A stretch of DNA of 64,000 nt from Leucoraja ocellata (taxonomy: Eukaryota), in the NCBI GenBank assembly GCA_036785375.1, contig JAWMAR010000104.1:6076001-6140000 (forward strand), in the 5' to 3' direction. Under the pieces are notes generated by a model. It did not search any database. It had not been told where the DNA came from and worked only from the letters and a program-made list of their open reading frames with translations. Shown here one piece after another: positions 36,741 to 48,878 of the stretch. The translations under genes were made by a program, and so were the position numbers. Position 1 is the first letter of the stretch; every line of letters starts with the position of its first letter.

Positions 36741-39084
36741 GTGACTTCTCACCGAGACATTATGGAATATTAACTCCCCTTCCCATTCCCACACCGACCT
36801 TTCTGCCCTGGGCCTCCTCCGTTCCCCTCATTAAGTCTCAACGGAATAAAGCAAGGGTTCGGGATTCAGAAGCTAAGACACAAAGTCTGTGGAGGGGGCA
36901 GATGGAATGAGGTTCATGTTCATGTCCTTAAATCATAGAAACAGAATTAGGCCATTTGGCCATTCGAGTCGTGGCTTGACTTCATTCAATCATTCAATCA
37001 TGGCTGATCTATCTTTCCCTCTCAATCCTATTCTCCTGCCTTCATCCCATATCCTTTGACACCCATAGTAAACAAGATCCGTCTTAAAAATATTAATCAA
37101 TGGCCTTCTTAGCCGACTGTGGCAATGAATTCCATAGATTCACCACCCTCTGGCTAAAGAAATTCATCCTCATCTCTATTTGAAAGCTACATCCTTTTAT
37201 TCTGAGCAAAAACATCCTCTCCACGTCCACTCAGTCCAGGCCTTTCACAATTTGGTGAGTTCAATGAGGGCTCCCCTCATCCTCCTAAACTCCAGCGAGT
37301 GCAGGCCCAGTGCCGACAAACGCTCATCATACGTTAACCCAATTATCCCCGGGATCATTGTCGTAAACCTCCCCTGGACCCTCTCCAACGCCAGCACTTC
37401 CTTCCTCAGATCTGACGCCCAAAACTAGTCACAATAACAGAGATGGAAGCAGTTGGTCTAGGTGTAGAGATAGGTAGCATGGTCCACTCATCTGGTGTCC
37501 ATGGATGGGATGGGTATCATGGATGTCCTTGGAAGGTCCACTAACATTCCTCAGAGGAGGAAATCTGCCTTAGCGACCCTGCCTGAGCCTACACCCGCCA
37601 ACGCGGTTAACTTCTCTCGAGACTGGGTTCCATGGAGCTGTATTTGTCACTTGTGCAACTGCACTGTGAAATTCATTTCGCATTATTACACATGCGGGCG
37701 CCACCATGTTTTGCCGCGAAATCCAAAAGTCCAAAGTCCCGTCGACCCGATTGACTCAATATATCGGAGCCGTTCCCCCGAACCTGTATCCCTCTCCTCA
37801 CCCCGGCCATCTTTGTGACCCTGGGGGGCCTCCTGCAGCCCACCTTGAAGGGGCTGGAGGCATTCCCCCTGTTCACACACCCACCGCCCCTCGCTCCTCG
37901 CATCCAACGTCTCCAGCGGTCACACCCATCGACAAAGCCTTCGGGCGGGCACTGTGGCCATGGCACCTCCCACAAGGTGCACAATATACAAGGGCAATTA
38001 GGGGTGGGCAACAAATGCTGGCCTTTGGTGCCACATACCGACATCCGAACACTTGTGCTTGGTCCGCCAAGGCCTGCTGGAACTAAACATTTTAACTCCC
38101 ATTCCCGCTCCCACACTCATTCCTGGGCCTCCATCATTGCCCGAGTGAGGTCACATGCAAACTGTAGGAACAACAGCTCATGTTCCGCTTGGGTAGCTGA
38201 CAACCCAGCAGTATGAATGTTGAATTCTCCAATTTTAAATCATACCCCCCTCTCTCTTTTGCGTGTTCCACCCCTACCCCTAGTTATTCCTACCACCATC
38301 TCCCAGCCACCCTCTCAGTCACCCCTTCCCCTACCCCGTACATTCATATCCCATCCCTGAGATTCCCATCTCACTTTTTATCCCACCTCCCCCCTCCCAG
38401 TTCCCTTCCACCCACAACCCTCCCTCTGACTTTATGCTTCACTCCTCCTTTTCTCTCTTTCTCTGACTCCCCTTTGTCTACTTTTCACCTCCAGCTTTTA
38501 TCACTTTCTCCACCAATCTGGCCATCACCCCCCCCCCCCCCCCCCCCACCCCAATCTGTATCCACCTCTCACTCACCAGGTTTTGTCCCACCCCCACCTC
38601 TCTCTTCCAGCTTCCCCCCCCCTCCGTCAGCCTGAAGAAGGGTCCCAACTGGGAAAGGTCATCTGTCCTTTCCCTCCACAAATGCTGCCTGACCCACTGA
38701 ATTCCTCTTGCACTTTGTGTTTTTGGTTTAGTTAACTTTAGTTTAGTTTAGTTTATTGTCACGTGTACCGAGGTACAGTGAAAAATGTTCAGTGCAAGAT
38801 AAAGTCCAGTCAAGTCTGATTAAAGATAGTCTCCAATGAGGTAGATGGTAGCTCAGGACCACTCTTTAGTTGTTGATAGGATGGTTCGGTTGCCTGACAA
38901 CAGCTGGGAAGAAACTGTCCCTGAATCTGGAGGTGTGTGTTTTCACACTTCTGTACCTCTTGCCTGATGGCAGGCAGCACTGCAGGAACTGCAGGTATCT
39001 TGTGTTGCCAGACGTAACTGGACCAGTGTGTGTTGGTTGGGCGATAACGGAAATGTCACCGTCTTTATCCTTGTCTTTCCTCAG

Positions 39085-39150
39085 CTTCCCACACCTAAAT
39101 CTACAACTTCGCCAATGACCGTGATGGAACAAGTTCATCAGCTGCTGAAG
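39085..39150 (+). CDS. cd74: CD74 exon 4
   Basis: LPTPKSTTSPMTVMEQVHQLLK (start of trimerisation domain helix); polypyrimidine tract-cag / gt. Confidence 0.9.
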
Positions 39151-39875
39151 GTACCTCTCCAACCTATTACAGAACAGGTGGCACGGTGGCACAGCGGGAG
39201 AGTTGCTGCCTCCCAACTCCTGAGACCTGGGTCCGATCCTGACTACGGGAGCTGGGTGTGAATGTGTGGGGTTTGCACGTTCTTCCTGGGACTGCGTGGT
39301 TTCCTCCGGGTGCTCCGGTTTCCTCCCAAACTCAAAGACGTGCGGGTTTGGATAATCCCTCGTGTGTCGGATAGAAAACAGCTGATTAGTGGTCGGCATG
39401 GATTCAGTGGGTCGAATGGTCTCTTTCCACGCTGTATCTCTAAACTAAAACTAAACTTTATCTTAAAATTATTTGGAACAAAGGGTGGAGTTTATTTAAT
39501 CTTGTCACGTCTACTGAGATACAATGAAAAAGCTGTGTACTGCATGCTATCCAGGAACTGGTGATATATGAGTACAACCATGCCACACACAAGTACAATG
39601 GATGGTTTAGTTTCGACTCACAGCATGGAAATGGGCCCTTCGGCCCACTGAGTCCATGCCGACCATCGATCACCCGTTCACACGTTCTTTGTTGTCCCAC
39701 TTTCTCATCCACTCCCTGAACCTACAATCTGACAGGCCTTTGGGATGTGTGTGGAAACTGGAGCACTCGTGAGGCAGCAGCTCTACCCGCTGCGGCCCCC
39801 CCTGTTGCCCCCACGTTGACGGGACCTTTTGCCCGATCGTTAGGCTGATCGTTACTGCTCATTTTTTCCTCTCAG

Positions 39876-39971
39876 GATGGAAACCGAACAGAAGGGATTC
39901 CAGAAATGATTGGAAGCTTCTCCGACAACCTCCAGCTGCTGAAAGAGAATCTGAACGAATCCGACTGGAAG
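39876..39971 (+). CDS. cd74: CD74 exon 5 (trimerisation domain)
   Basis: DGNRTEGIPEMIGSFSDNLQLLKENLNESDWK; conserved GSF..NL..LK.....DWK; 96 nt. Confidence 0.95.
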
Positions 39972-40644
39972 GTTGGTGTTTAATTGTCCAACGTGAGAAT
40001 TCCTCCAGCACTTTGCGTACGCTGCAAGACTCGAGTATCTCCAGATCCTCGTGATGAGGAGGAATTTATTTTGCCAGAGGGTGGTGAATCTGTGGAATTT
40101 ATTGCCACAGATGGTGGTGGAGGCCAAGTCATTGGGTATTTTTAAAGCGGAGATTGATAGATTCTTGATTAGTGAGGGTGTCAAAGGTTACGGGGAGAAG
40201 GCAAAAGAATGGCGTTGAAAGGGAAAGATAGATCAGCCACAATTGAATGGTGGAGTAGACTCGATGGGCTGAATGGCCTAGTTCTGCTCCTATGATATGA
40301 ACTGCTCCTGTGGTATGAACCTCAATCATATCCACAAGATACAGGTAGCGGGAGCTCTATCGTTGTGTGATAGTCTTGGCTACGTCCAACACCTTAAACT
40401 GACTGGACTATCTTGGTCGGTGAGGTTGCTGTAGGTCAGGATGACAAGGAAATTGAAGAGCATGCAGTGAAGACTTTGTCCTCAGGCAGACAGAAAAGAT
40501 AGATCAGCCGTGATTGAATGGTGGGGTAGACTCGATAGGCAAAATGGCCTAAATGTGCTCCTATGTCTTATGAACATGAACTATTCACTGCCAACGCCTG
40601 AAATATTAACCTGGTGACGTGTGTTTTTTTTTGTGTTTTTTTAG

Positions 40645-40759
40645 GATTTTGAATCTTGGCTGCAGAACTGGTTCCTCTTCCAACTTGTTCAGCCTGTGAA
40701 GAAGACTGCACCAACCCAGGCACCCCAAGTACTGCCTCGCCATGAGATGCCATCCAGAG
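40645..40759 (+). CDS. cd74: CD74 exon 6 (end of trimerisation domain plus linker)
   Basis: DFESWLQNWFLFQLVQPVKKTAPTQAPQVLPRHEMPSR; conserved FESW...W.LF; donor G|gtacgt. Confidence 0.92.
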
Positions 40760-41760
40760 GTACGTGACAACCTTCTTCTCCCCATCCCAATGAGACCTTG
40801 CTCCAAGATCCTTGGCTTGCCGGCTTGAGTTACAGGGAGAGGTTGGACAGCTTTGACATTTTTTTTGTATGGAGCCTTGGAGGATGAGGGGTGACCTTAT
40901 TTAGACTTTGCACTTTAGTTTAGACTAGGGTGGCACAGTGCGGGACGGTAGAGTTGCTGCCCCACGGCGCCAGGGGCCCAGGTTCGATCCTAACCTCGGG
41001 TGAGGTCTGTGCGGAGTTTGTACATTCTCCCTGTGACCACGTCCAAAGGGTGGTCTTTTTGGGATGTGCAAGATCATGAGGGGCATGTTTAAAGTGAACG
41101 TCACAGTCTTTTTCCCAAGGGAATAGGATTTTAAAGATAGACACAAAGTGCTGGAATAAATCAACGGGTCAGGCAGCATCTCTGGAGAACATGGATCGGT
41201 GATGTTTTGTGTCGGGACCCTTCTTTAGATGATCTTAAAGCCAGAGGGCACAGGCTTTAAGATGAACCTCAGGGACAAATTTTCACTCAAAGGGTAGTCC
41301 ATAATCTGGAAGGAGCTGCCAGAGGAAGCTATTGAAGTCACGTGGTTATGCAGGGAATGAAGGGATATGGATCACGTGCAGGGAGGGGAGATTAGTTTAA
41401 CTTGGTTTCATATTTGGCACAGGCATTGTGGGCCGAAGGGCCTGTCCCTGTGTTGTACTGAAGAAGGGTCTTGACCTGAAACGTTGCCAATCCATGTCCT
41501 CCAGTGGTTTACTGACCCGCTGAGTTACTCCAGCACTTTGTGTCATCCTGTGCTGTGACACTCAATGTTCTACTAGTTATGTTATCCCACTTTTCATCTA
41601 TTCATCCACTTCCTACACACCAGGGGGGATTCACAGTGGGCTAATGAACCAATTAACCTACAAACCTGCATGGGCATGTCTTTGGGATGTGGAAGGAAAC
41701 CAATGGACCCGAAGGAAAATCATGTGGTCACTGGGAGAACATACAAAGTACAAACACTGA

Positions 41761-41961
41761 TGCACACATGCACTCGCACACACGCACGCACACTCGCACA
41801 CACGCACACACACGCGCGCATACACACACTCGCGCACATGCACACACACACACCCGCTCGCGAAAACACACATTCACGCGCACACACACGCGCACACACA
41901 GGCACACACATGCACACGCGCGCTCGCACACACGCACACGCGCGCGCACACACGCATACAC
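41761..41961. repeat. (CA/CG)n alternating purine-pyrimidine microsatellite
   Basis: ~200 bp of CACACGCGCACA... Confidence 0.95.
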
Positions 41962-42319
41962 AGTACTCGAGGTCAGGATTGAACCTGGGTCTCTGGTGCT
42001 GTGAGGTAACGGCTCTACCCACATTGTCTTTGAGGGATTAGATTTCAGAGTTGATGACAATAAGGACATATTCCCTTTATCATTGTGGACGGCTTGATAG
42101 TAATCATGTATAGTCTTTCCGCTGAACGGATGGCATGCAACAAAAAGCTTTTCACTGTACCTAAACTAAACTAAAGTAAGGTCACATCATTATTGGAGTG
42201 GGAGGCAGTGTCAAGCAGAGCAAGCGTGCAAATCGCAGTGTGTATCTTCGGATGTTATTGTGTCACAATAATGTTTTGTTAGTTGCCTTGAAGTGACCAA
42301 ATGATTCTTGTCTCCACAG

Positions 42320-42427
42320 GGAGGAACGTCTTCTCCAGCATGGTCATGAGCCCACTGCTCAACCTTCCTATCGCAGACAGTGCCTCCAAGCAATCCGGTC
42401 TTGCTGAAGTCGTTCCTAAAAAAAGGG
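42320..42427 (+). CDS. cd74: CD74 extra linker exon (extended linker before the thyroglobulin domain)
   Basis: tctccacag| ... G|gtaact; 108 nt, phase 1-1, open frame GRNVFSSMVMSPLLNLPIADSASKQSGLAEVVPKKR; a non-repeat island between repeats. Confidence 0.75.
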
Positions 42428-43252
42428 GTAACTATGCCGACGAGTATTTCAGAACATAGAACAGTACAGCAGAGGAACGGGCCCTTCGGCCCACAATGTC
42501 CGTGCTGACCATGATGCCAAGACCAACTCTTATGTACCTGCATGTAATCCATAGCCCTCCATTCCTGACATGTCCATCCATGCACCCATCCCAAAGCCTC
42601 ATAAACACCACTGTCATATCTGCCTCCTCCACCACAACCCCTGGCAGCAAGTTCCATGCATCCCCCACCATCTGTGTAACATACCTGCCCAGCACATCTC
42701 CTTTATAATTGGTCCCGCTCACTTTAATCATGTGCGCTCTGGAGTCATACAGTATGGAAATAAGCCCTTTGGCCCAACTCATCAAAGTCCACCAAGATGC
42801 CCCATCTAAGCTCGTCCCATTTGCCTGCGTTTGGCTCATATCCTTTTAAACTTTTCCTTTCCATTTTCACCCTGGTAAAATCAGCTCTTCCCTTAACCTC
42901 CAACGCTCCAGAGAAAACAATCTAAGTCTGTCCAGCCTCTCCCTGTAACTAATCCAGGCATCATTCTGGTCAACCTCCTCTCCAAAAGCATCCACATCCT
43001 TCCTGTAATGGGTCGATCAGAACTGCACGCAATACTCCAAATGCACTGACCAAAGTCCTACAGAGCTGCATTATGACTTCCTGACTCTTATACTCAAAGC
43101 CCTGACTGATGAAGGCAAGATTACTGTACGCCTTCTATACCGCTCAAAGCTATGTCCACAACTCTCTGCAATTTCCTGCGGTCTTGGATGTTCTGGGGAG
43201 CCTCAGGCTCTGCAGGACACTGATGTGACCGCTGTTATTTTTCCTCACGCAG

Positions 43253-43453
43253 TTTTCCATGCAGAGACTGAGTGTGAGAGACTGAAAAGGGTGGCGGAAA
43301 TTAAGCCCGGAACATTCCAGCCAAGCTGTGACAAGGATGGGAACTATGAGCCAAAGCAATGCTGGCCAAGCACTGGCTACTGCTGGTGTTCCTATCCCAA
43401 TGGGACCAAGATTGAAGAGACCGCAACCAGGAAACAACTGGATAATTGTCAAA
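43253..43453 (+). CDS. cd74: CD74 thyroglobulin type-1 domain exon (p41-type, exon 6b equivalent)
   Basis: ETECERLKRVAEIKPGTFQPSCDKDGNYEPKQCWPSTGYCWCSYPNGTKIEETATRKQLDNC; six Cys and CWC motif; phase 1-1; an alternative in-frame acceptor would start the exon at 43265. Confidence 0.95.
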
Positions 43454-43489
43454 GTAGGCTTGAGTTTCTTCAGCTACCTGTTGTACTGA

Positions 43490-43720
43490 GCCATAGTCAC
43501 AGTTATAGAACCATAGGCATAGAGTCATAGACCCATATAGTCATAGAGCTACAGTCAGAGCCATAGTGTCATAGTGATAGTCATAGTGTCATAATCATAG
43601 TGTCATAGACCCATACAGACCCATAGAGTCATAGAGCCATCGTTTTAGCGCCAGTCTTAGAGGCAGAGTCATAGAACCATAATCATAGTCCCATAGAGCT
43701 ATAGAGACAATCATAGTCAT
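43490..43720. repeat. Degenerate (CATAGT/CATAGAG)n tandem repeat just 3' of the thyroglobulin exon
   Basis: Many CATAG-containing units. Confidence 0.85.
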
Positions 43721-44251
43721 ACAGCATGAAAGCAGGCCCTTCGGCCCAACTTGTCCATGCTGACCACCCACCGAATCCCCTTCCAGAGACACTCTCCCCA
43801 TCACCAAAGTTGACCATCAATTTACAGATCCAGTGTGGAAAAAAGGCACCTTTGGCCCCCTGAGTCGACACCGACCCATACACTAGCTCCATTCTACACA
43901 CCAGGGACAATTTACAAAAGCCAATTAACCTACAAACCCGGATATCTTTGGACCGTGGGAGGAAACTGGCGCAACCGGAGAAAACCCACACGGTCCCAGG
44001 GTGGACGTAAAAACTCAGTACAGACTGCAGTTGTGGTCAGGATCTAACCCATGTCTCTGGTGCTGCAAGGCAGCAACTCTACTGCTGTGCCACCGTGCCC
44101 ATCCCTAGTTCTTAGGGAAATATTCCATGAAAATGTTGATGAACTTTAATGGTTCCTATTGTGGACTAGTTTTGACTGAGGTTCTAACACATTGACATGT
44201 GACATGTTAGCCTCACTTGCGGCTTAAATGCGGCTTTCTTTCCACCTTCAG

Positions 44252-44293
44252 GCTACCAAAAGCCAGATGACCCAAACTTTTCCGGCTTTGGTG
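44252..44293 (+). CDS. cd74: CD74 penultimate exon (Ser-Gly glycosaminoglycan attachment motif)
   Basis: SYQKPDDPNFSGFG with an acidic stretch followed by SG; ttcag| ... G|gtgagt. Confidence 0.85.
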
Positions 44294-46150
44294 GTGAGTA
44301 GCAGGGATCGGCCATGGTTAACCCAAGATGTCCACTTGGCGAAAGGGAAAGACAGACCCTTGTTGCCTCTAGCTTCCCTAATCCACTTACCACGCTTGTC
44401 TATCCTTCCTCGGCCATTCCTTTAGACTTTGGAGATACAGCACGGAAGCATTCCCTTCGGCCCACCGAGCCTGCGACAACCAGCGATCACCCCGTACACG
44501 AGCATAATCCTACACACGAGGGACAATTTACAGAAGCCTAGTAACCTACTAACCTGCACGTTTTTGGAGTGTGGGAGGAAACCCACTCGATTACAGGGAG
44601 AACGTACAAACTCCGTACAGACAGCACCTGTAGTCAGGTTCGAACCGGAGTCTCTGGTGCTGTGAGGCAACAACATGACTGCTGCGCCACCGTGCCGCCC
44701 CTATTGAGGCTAATTGAACCTAACTTTATAGTGAGTTCTTTGTCCCATTTGGCCCATTGAATCATGGCTGATCTATCCATCGTACTCAGACCCATTCTCC
44801 TGCCTCCTCCCCGTAACCTTTGACACCCTTACTGATCAAGAACCTGACAATCTCCGATTTAACAAAACATAGACTAGTAGAAAACATAGAACATAGACTA
44901 GCGTAACACCTTTGACCGTGCTGGACATGATGCCAGGTTAAAGAAATGGCGGCACAGTGGTGTAATGGTAGGGCCTTTAATGCCTTATCAAAACCTATCA
45001 ATCTCTGCTTTATAAATACCCAATGTCTTATCCTCCACAGCCGTCTGTGACAATGAATTCCATAATTCAATAGCGGTTGCATCGCTTTGATCATTAACCT
45101 TTGCACTAATGTCCTAAAACAGTGCGTCTACAATTTGGAAAGAGTAAACTTCTGAGACAAGTTATAAATGGGAGATATTCAAAGCTAAACTGAAGATAGA
45201 AAACAACACAAATGGCACAGGGTGTAGAGACGCTGCTTCACAGCACCAGAGACCCGGGTTTCATCCTGATCTCCGTGTGTCTGTCTGTGTGTGTAGAGTT
45301 TGCATGTTCTCCCTGTGACCATGTGGGTTTCCTCCGGGTGCTCCGGTTTCCTCCCACATTCCGAATAGGTGCAGGTTTGCAGGTTAATTGGCCCTGTGTA
45401 AATTGGCCCCAGTGTGCAGGGGAGTGGATGAGAAGGTGGGATAACATAGAACTAGTGTGAAGGGGTGATCGATGTTTTGGCTTGGACTCGGTGGGCCGAA
45501 GGTCCTGTTTCCATGCTGTATCCCTAAACTAAATTACACTAAACTAAATGGTGAAGAGTAGCTTTAATATTTTTCTCTGATGTTCTATGTTCTAGGATTC
45601 TAGAGATTAGTTCAAATAAAGAGAATTAAATTCAAGGAAACATAGAACCTAGAACATAAAACAGTCGAGCACAGGAACAGGCCCTTCAGCCCACAATGTC
45701 TGTGCCAAACATGATGCCAAGATAAACTAATCTCTGCCTGCATGTGATGCACACCCCTCCATTCCATACATAACCATGTGCCTGTCTTTAAAAATCCTCT
45801 TAAACGCCACAACGTATCTGCCTCGACCACCACCTCTGGCAGCGCGTCCCATGCACTCACCACCCTCTGTGCATAAACAAAAATTGTCCCACACATCTTT
45901 GAACTTTACCCTTCTCGTCTTAAAGCAATGCCCTCTAGTCTTGGACCTTTCCACCCTGGGGAAAAAGTTCTGATTGTCTACCCTGTCTATGCTTTTCATG
46001 ATATGATAAACTTCTATCCGGTCTCCCCTCAACCTCTGACGCTGTAGAAAAAACAATCCAAGTTTGTCCAACCTCCCCTTATAATCCGAGTATCATTCTT
46101 GTGAACTGCTTCCGCACCATCCCCAAAGCCTCCACATCCTTCCTGTAAAT

Positions 46151-46452
46151 GGGGCGGCACGGTGGCGCAGCGGTAGAGTTGATGCCTTACAGTTCCAGAG
46201 ACCCGGGTTCGATCCTGACTGCGGGTGCTGTCTGTACGGAGTTTGTATATTCTCTCAGTGACCGCGTGGGTTTTCTCCGGGTACTCAGGTTTCCTCCCAC
46301 ACTCCAAAGACGTACAGGTTTGTAGGTTAATTAGCTTTGGTAAAAATCGTAAATTGTTCCTAGTGTAGGATAGTGTATAAGGTGATCGCTGGTCAGCGCG
46401 GACTTGGTGGGCGGAAGGGCCTGTTTCCACACAGTTTCTCTAAAACTAAACA
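46151..46452 (+). mobile_element. HE1/V-SINE (representative of many copies, e.g. near 5285, 5832, 8075, 15730, 28205, 39178, 45212, 46754, 61050, 63210; minus strand near 25940, 43850, 44430)
   Basis: tRNA-like head GGCACGGTGGCGCAGCGGTAGAG...GGTTCGATCC, V-domain GGGTTTTCTCCGGGT..CCGGTTTCCTCCCACA, tail GAAGGGCCTGTTTCC and (AAACT)n. Confidence 0.85.
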
Positions 46453-47573
46453 AAACAATGCCCTATAGTCCTTGCTATTCCACTCTGGGGGCAAGGTTCT
46501 GACTTTGTACCCTATCTATGCCTCTCACGAGTGTATAAACATTCTATCTGATCTTCTTGTGAATCTCCGACCCTGTAGAGAAAACAAGCCAAACTTGTTC
46601 AACTTCTCCTTATCATCCGGGCATCATTCTGATAAACCTCCTCTGCACCCTCTCAATAGCCTCCACATCCTTCCTGTAATAAGTCCATAAGTTCACATCA
46701 TAGCAACAGAATTAGGCCATTTGGCCCATCAAGGCTACTCCGCCATCCAGTCATGGTGTCGCAGCGGTAGAGTTGCTGCCTTACAGCGAATGCAGCGCCG
46801 GAGACCCGGTTTTGATCCTGACTACGGGTGCTGTCTGTACGGAGTTTGTACGTTCTCCCCGTGATCTGCGTGGGTTTTCTCCGAGATCTTCGGTTTCTAC
46901 CCACACTCCAAAGATGTACAGGTTTGTAGGTTAATTGGTTTGGTAAATGTAAAAATTGTCCCTGGTGTGTGTAGGATAGTGTTAATGTGCAGGGATCGCT
47001 GGTCGGCGCGGACCTGATGCGCTGAAGGGCCTGTTTCTGCTCTGTATCTCTAAACTAAACATTCTCCTGCCTTCTCCCCATAACCTTCAACACCCATACT
47101 AATCAAGAATCTGTCAATCTTCACCTTAAGAATACCCATACAAGGCCTCCACCGCCATCTGTGGCAATGAATTCCACAGATTCACCACCTTCTGATGAAA
47201 TAAATTCCTCCTCATCTCCTTTCCAACCGTACGTTCTTTTATTCTGAGGCTATGGTTTCTGGCCCTAGACTCTCCCACTAGTGCAACCATCCTCTCCACA
47301 TCCACTCTATCCGGGCCTTTCACTATCGGTAAGTTTCAATGAGGGTCCCTCCTCATCCTTCTAAACTCCAGCGAGTACAGGCCCAGTCAAACGCAATGGA
47401 AGGCGGCAAGTAGCACTGCATTCGATACTCTAAATGTGTCTGAACTAAAGTGCTAGGTATTGTACGTAACAGAGGTCCCTCTTCTCGGCCCTGCCTCACC
47501 ATGGACATGGAATGAAGGAACTGCAAGCGCACAAAACAGGAGCTAACATAACCATTCACTCCCTTTGCCTCGC

Positions 47574-47678
47574 TCCAACCACCCATAACACAGCTGATCC
47601 AACCACCCATAACACAGCTGATCCAACCACCCATAACACAGCTGATCCAACCACCCATAACACAGCTGATCTAACCAC
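47574..47678. repeat. 24-bp minisatellite, ~4.3 copies
   Basis: Unit TCCAACCACCCATAACACAGCTGA. Confidence 0.95.
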
Positions 47679-47963
47679 TGCATTCTTCATAAGTTCATCA
47701 ATTCATAAGTTCTAGGAGCAGAATTAGGCCATTCGGCCCATCAAGTACTCTGCAATTCAGTCATGGCTGATCTATCTTTCCCTCTCAACACCATTCTCCT
47801 GCCTTCTCCTCATAACCCCTGACACCCTTGCCCTGCCTTGTCTTGCAATCTCTCAGCTCCTTGCTTGATGAATCTACCCAATATTTAAAGATAAAGGCTT
47901 TGCTGAAACAAGTTTGTTGAGATATCTCCAAAACTAACAATGTTTTTCTCTTTTTTCTTACAG

Positions 47964-47977
47964 CTTTTGAGGCCTAA
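47964..47977 (+). CDS. cd74: CD74 terminal coding exon (AFEA*)
   Basis: Strong acceptor ttttttcttacag|; phase 1 gives A-F-E-A-stop; the whole model is 1017 nt = 338 aa. Confidence 0.7.
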
Positions 47978-48872
47978 GGATGAAATGTCGATGGACACAG
48001 ATCCTCAAGACCAGCTTTGCTCCCCAGACATACATTAATTGCAAAGATTGATTAACATTTACTTTGATTGATAATTATTGGGCTGTTGACTTGCACCCAG
48101 TACATGTATCTTCTATCCTGCTTATGATTTGTCCGTGAGGATTATTTAGCTAAAAGGTAGACAATCAAATTGCTCATAAGTTCATAAATTCATAAGTTGT
48201 AGCAGCAGAATTAGGCCATTCGGCCCATCAAGGCTACTCCGCCATTCAATCATGGCTGATCTATCTTTCCCTCTCAACCCCATTCTCCTGCATTCTCCCC
48301 ATAACCTTTGACACCCTTACTAATCAAGAATCTGTCAATCTCCTCCTTAAAAATCCCCAATGACTTGGTCTTTACCTTTAGCCATCTGAGGCAATGAATT
48401 CCACAGATTCACCACCCTCTAACTAGATGAATTCCTCCTCATCTCCTTGCTAAAGTTACCTCCTTTAATTCAGAGGCTGTGCCCTCTGGTTCTAGAGTCT
48501 GTACATTCACCCCATCTATTCCTCCCATGATTTTATCAACCCTCTCACCTGAACACTTGGGCATTTGCTTCATAATCCAGATGGCTCTGCCTAACACTGG
48601 GAACACCACCATCAGAGATTGAAGGATTTCAGGGGTATATAAAGCCCCCCCCCCCTCACCATTACTTTGGGATTCAGTAAAGTTGGGGCTATAGTTTATG
48701 ATTATCAGCAATGCCCCTTTTCAATTAAAAGATGCATTCAAGATATAAAAATTCACCACTTTGTTTTAAGAATTGCCAAGAATTAATTTGCTGAAGAATA
48801 ATATTGCTTCTAGATTATGTTAATATTTGCTCATTGATAATGGCTAACTATTGCTGGGGAATATTACGTTGC

Positions 48873-48878
48873 AATAAA
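48873..48878 (+). terminator. Probable cd74 polyadenylation signal AATAAA
   Basis: AATAAA in AU-rich sequence ~0.9 kb after the stop codon, followed by U-rich tracts. Confidence 0.55.

Noticed and set aside
40722-40735. Alternative donor CAA|GTACTG in cd74 exon 6
   Set aside because: Weak consensus and phase 0, incompatible with the downstream phase-1 exons
41658-42069. Several His/Thr/Ala- or Cys/Val-rich ORFs
   Set aside because: Translations of a (CA/CG)n microsatellite
46151-46225. tRNA-like A/B boxes in many places
   Set aside because: Heads of tRNA-derived V-SINEs; no complete cloverleaf
47353-47715. ORFs with PTTHNTAD / MGGWISCV repeats; also considered as a CRISPR-like array
   Set aside because: A simple 24-bp intronic minisatellite without spacers, in eukaryotic DNA
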